Notes under the pieces: generated by a model | What the model was told of the DNA's origin: nothing | Database searches by the model: none | The model's input: the letters and a program-made list of their open reading frames with translations, nothing else | Made by a program: the position numbers and the translations under genes | Assembly: GCA_951406725.2 (NCBI GenBank) | Contig: OX597838.1 | Location: 26,660,001-26,724,000, forward strand | DNA: 64,000 bases | Source: Octopus vulgaris | Lineage: Eukaryota | Direction: 5' to 3' | Part shown: positions 61,593 to 64,000 of the stretch, in pieces | Numbering within the stretch: position 1 is the stretch's first letter | Layout: each line of letters begins with the position of its first letter

Positions 61593-62392
61593 TGTGGTGT
61601 CGGTGGAGAGGACGACAGATAGGGGAGGGCGGAAGTAGGGCTTGCAGGGCGCATGCGCGGCAGGAAGCGGAAGTGACGAGGGACGACGCACGTATGGCAT
61701 CAACGAAGCCGGGGCAGTTGGAGCTGAGACGAGGAAGTGACGAGACACATTGACTTTGTTGAGAGAGATCTGATCTTCGCTGAGGTAAGGCCCGTTGTAT
61801 TTCCTTCTCTTTTTCTTTTGTCCTCTTCATCTGTCACACTACAAGCTATTTCAGCGTTATAAAAAAAACAAAACAAAAAAAAAAAACGAATGATGAGTGA
61901 CCGTATTTTGCACGACATGATACAACCGTTTTGCAGCGACACAGATGTAGTCGCTTGGTTGAAGAAAGTGAAGTTGGTGGCGAAGCTCCATGGTATAAGT
62001 GACCTGGCAAGCTTCATGCCGCTGTACTTGGATGGTCCGGCATTGGCGTTGTACCTAGAGATGGAGGAGACAGACCAACTCAGCGTGGAGAAAATGGAAA
62101 TTCGGTTGATGGAGGCCTTTGCAGAGGGAATGTTTGAGGCATATGCTCGCCTGGGTAGAACAAGATGGACTGGGGAACAGGTGGATGTGTTTGCCAATGA
62201 ACTTAGGAGATTGGCTAAACTGGCGGGTTATGAGGGAGAGTCGGTGGACTGGACGGTTAGGTTGGCGTTCGTGACTGGCTTTCCCAACAACATGTCGGTC
62301 GACTTTGTTTAGAGAGATCTGATCTTCACTGAGGTAAGGCCCGTTGTATTTCCTTCTCTTTTTCTGTTGTCCTCTTCATCCGTCACACTACA
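61593..62392 (+). mobile_element. Internally deleted Gypsy-like LTR retrotransposon: 5' LTR 61593-61843, truncated gag 61890-62300, partial 3' LTR 62301-62392
   Basis: TG...CA ends (tgtggtgt / acactaca) and a 5-bp TSD gggtc at 61588-61592 and 62393-62397. The last ~92 bp of the LTR are repeated. The ORF DVVAWLKKVKLVAKL...LASFMPLYLDGPALALY...GEQVDVFANELRRLAKLAG is gag-like. Confidence 0.9.
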
Positions 62393-62901
62393 GGGTCTTT
62401 TCTTCAACATTCTCCATATAATATAATAATAATGTGGGGATGACAGGGGATGGAAACTTCTGGCAGTTGCTGTGCTTGAGAAGACACGTCAAGCTAAGTA
62501 ACCTTTATGTCCTAGCATACAGGTTTGTCTCCTGGATCTCTCTCTTCAGCTGAGCAACCCTAAACTTGCAAGTTTGTGGGTGCTGGTGCCACATGAAGAG
62601 CATCTGTACCAGTGCCTCATAAACACACTCATGCGGGTGTTGCATAAAAGCCCCCTGCCCTCATTACACTCTGTAAAGTGATTGGCTTTAGGAAGGATAT
62701 CCAACTGTAGAAAACATTCCAAAACAGACATGGGGCCTGGGTGGTCCTTCATTTGGTCAGCTCCTGTCAAGCCATTCCACCCATGCCAGCATGGAAAATG
62801 GACATTATATGATGATGATGATAAAGGTCTGATACACTTCTAGCTTTGACAACAGAACTACTGTATTCTTTCATTCTTTTACTTGTTTCAGTCATTGGAC
62901 T

Positions 62902-63121
62902 GAACCCCTTAGCATTCAAACCAGCCATATTGGGCCTAAATATTGTTCTCATCTCAAACTGGCCAGATCCAACCTCTCACACCTATCCTACAATGTCATT
63001 CTAAAAGTAAGCAATCTCATCAATGAACTCTTGAAGCTAAGAGATAAAGCATGATCAATTCAAAACAATGTGAATCAGTCAGCATTATATTTGACAGTAA
63101 TCTGAATTGCTAAAGGGGTTA
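62902..63121. mobile_element. Second TTAA-type MITE family, with a partial duplicate at 63125-63222 and related fragments near 18250-18440
   Basis: aaccccttagcattca ... tgaattgctaaaggggttaa termini. Confidence 0.6.
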
Positions 63122-63225
63122 AAACTGGCCTTTATCATGCCTGAATATTGTATCTGCTTTATGTTCAAACTGACCAGATTTGGCCTCTCACACCTACCCT
63201 GCAGTGTCATTCTAAAAATAAACAA

Positions 63226-63396
63226 GGTGCAGGAGTGGCTGTGTGGTAAGTAGCTTGCTTATCAACCACATGGTTTCGGGTTCAGTCCCACTGCGTGGCA
63301 CCTTGGGCAAGTGTCTTCTGCTATAGCCTCAGGCTGACCAAGGCCTTGTGAGTGGATTTGGTAGATGGAAACTGAAAGAAGCCCGTCGTATATATG

Positions 63397-63441
<45 letters not shown>

Positions 63442-63665
63442 TTATATATATATGTGTGTGTGTGTGTGTATGTTTGTGTTTGTCCCCCCAACATTGCTTG
63501 ACAACCGATGCTGGTGTGTTTACATCCCCATAACTTAGTGGTTCAGCAAAATAAACTGATAGAATAAGCACAAGGCTTACAAAGAATAAGTCCTGGGGTC
63601 AATTTGCTCGACTAAAGGCGGTGCTCCAGCATGCCACAGTCAAATGACTGAAACAAGTAAAAGGT
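63226..63665 (+). mobile_element. SINE family A, full length
   Basis: ggtgcaggagtggctgtgtggtaagtagc...gactgaaacaagtaaaag. Confidence 0.92.
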
Positions 63666-64000
63666 AAAAGAGATCTCAAAACCACGAGAGAACGCATGAT
63701 TAATTCAAAGCAATAAATAAACAAGCATTACACTTGACAAAATATTTTGAATACTAAACGGTTAAATGAAGAAATGATTTGTTTACACAGTTTTAGACAT
63801 ACATGGTGTATAGACTGGATCTGACCCTGGGCTAAATAACAACAGCAACAACAAAAAACACAAGAATTGTATCACTGTAATGTTTATATTTCATTCTGGC
63901 TAACCTCAGAATAAATACTGGGAGTGTTGGGTCTGATGTAGTTGTGAAGTGTACATGCTGAGAAAGTGGAGGGTTGAAGGGTGTCCTTCAATCTGGTCTT

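Overview
AT-rich, microsatellite- and repeat-dense eukaryotic DNA. The SINE, LINE and microsatellite make-up suggests an octopus (coleoid cephalopod) genome; this is an inference. The only host gene I can support is the 3' part of a GAS2-like / Pigs-type cytolinker on the minus strand. It has two GAR-domain exons (53778-53885, 53173-53269), a ~38 kb intron, a 403-nt exon (14438-14840) and a 2.57-kb terminal coding exon (8168-10739) with several SxIP motifs. All splice sites are GT-AG and the phases join in frame; the CH-domain exons were not found and probably lie beyond 64 kb. The rest is mostly transposon debris: more than 20 copies of one tRNA-derived SINE, several other SINE families, RTE-type LINE fragments, Helitron pieces, mariner/pogo/piggyBac/Merlin-like MITEs, a deleted Gypsy-like LTR element and minisatellites. 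Most short ORFs in the track are microsatellite or SINE artefacts. Best leads: (1) a candidate alternative first exon (42075-42243) with an MGxxxS myristoylation motif and a phase-compatible donor, which would give a membrane-anchored, GAR-less SxIP isoform; (2) degenerate Penelope-type minimal hammerhead ribozyme motifs inside two intronic fold-backs; (3) several long intronic hairpins that could be dsRNA/ADAR substrates. No CRISPR array, rRNA or true tRNA gene is seen, and I cannot establish a genuinely new system from sequence alone. Repeat boundaries were read by eye and are approximate.
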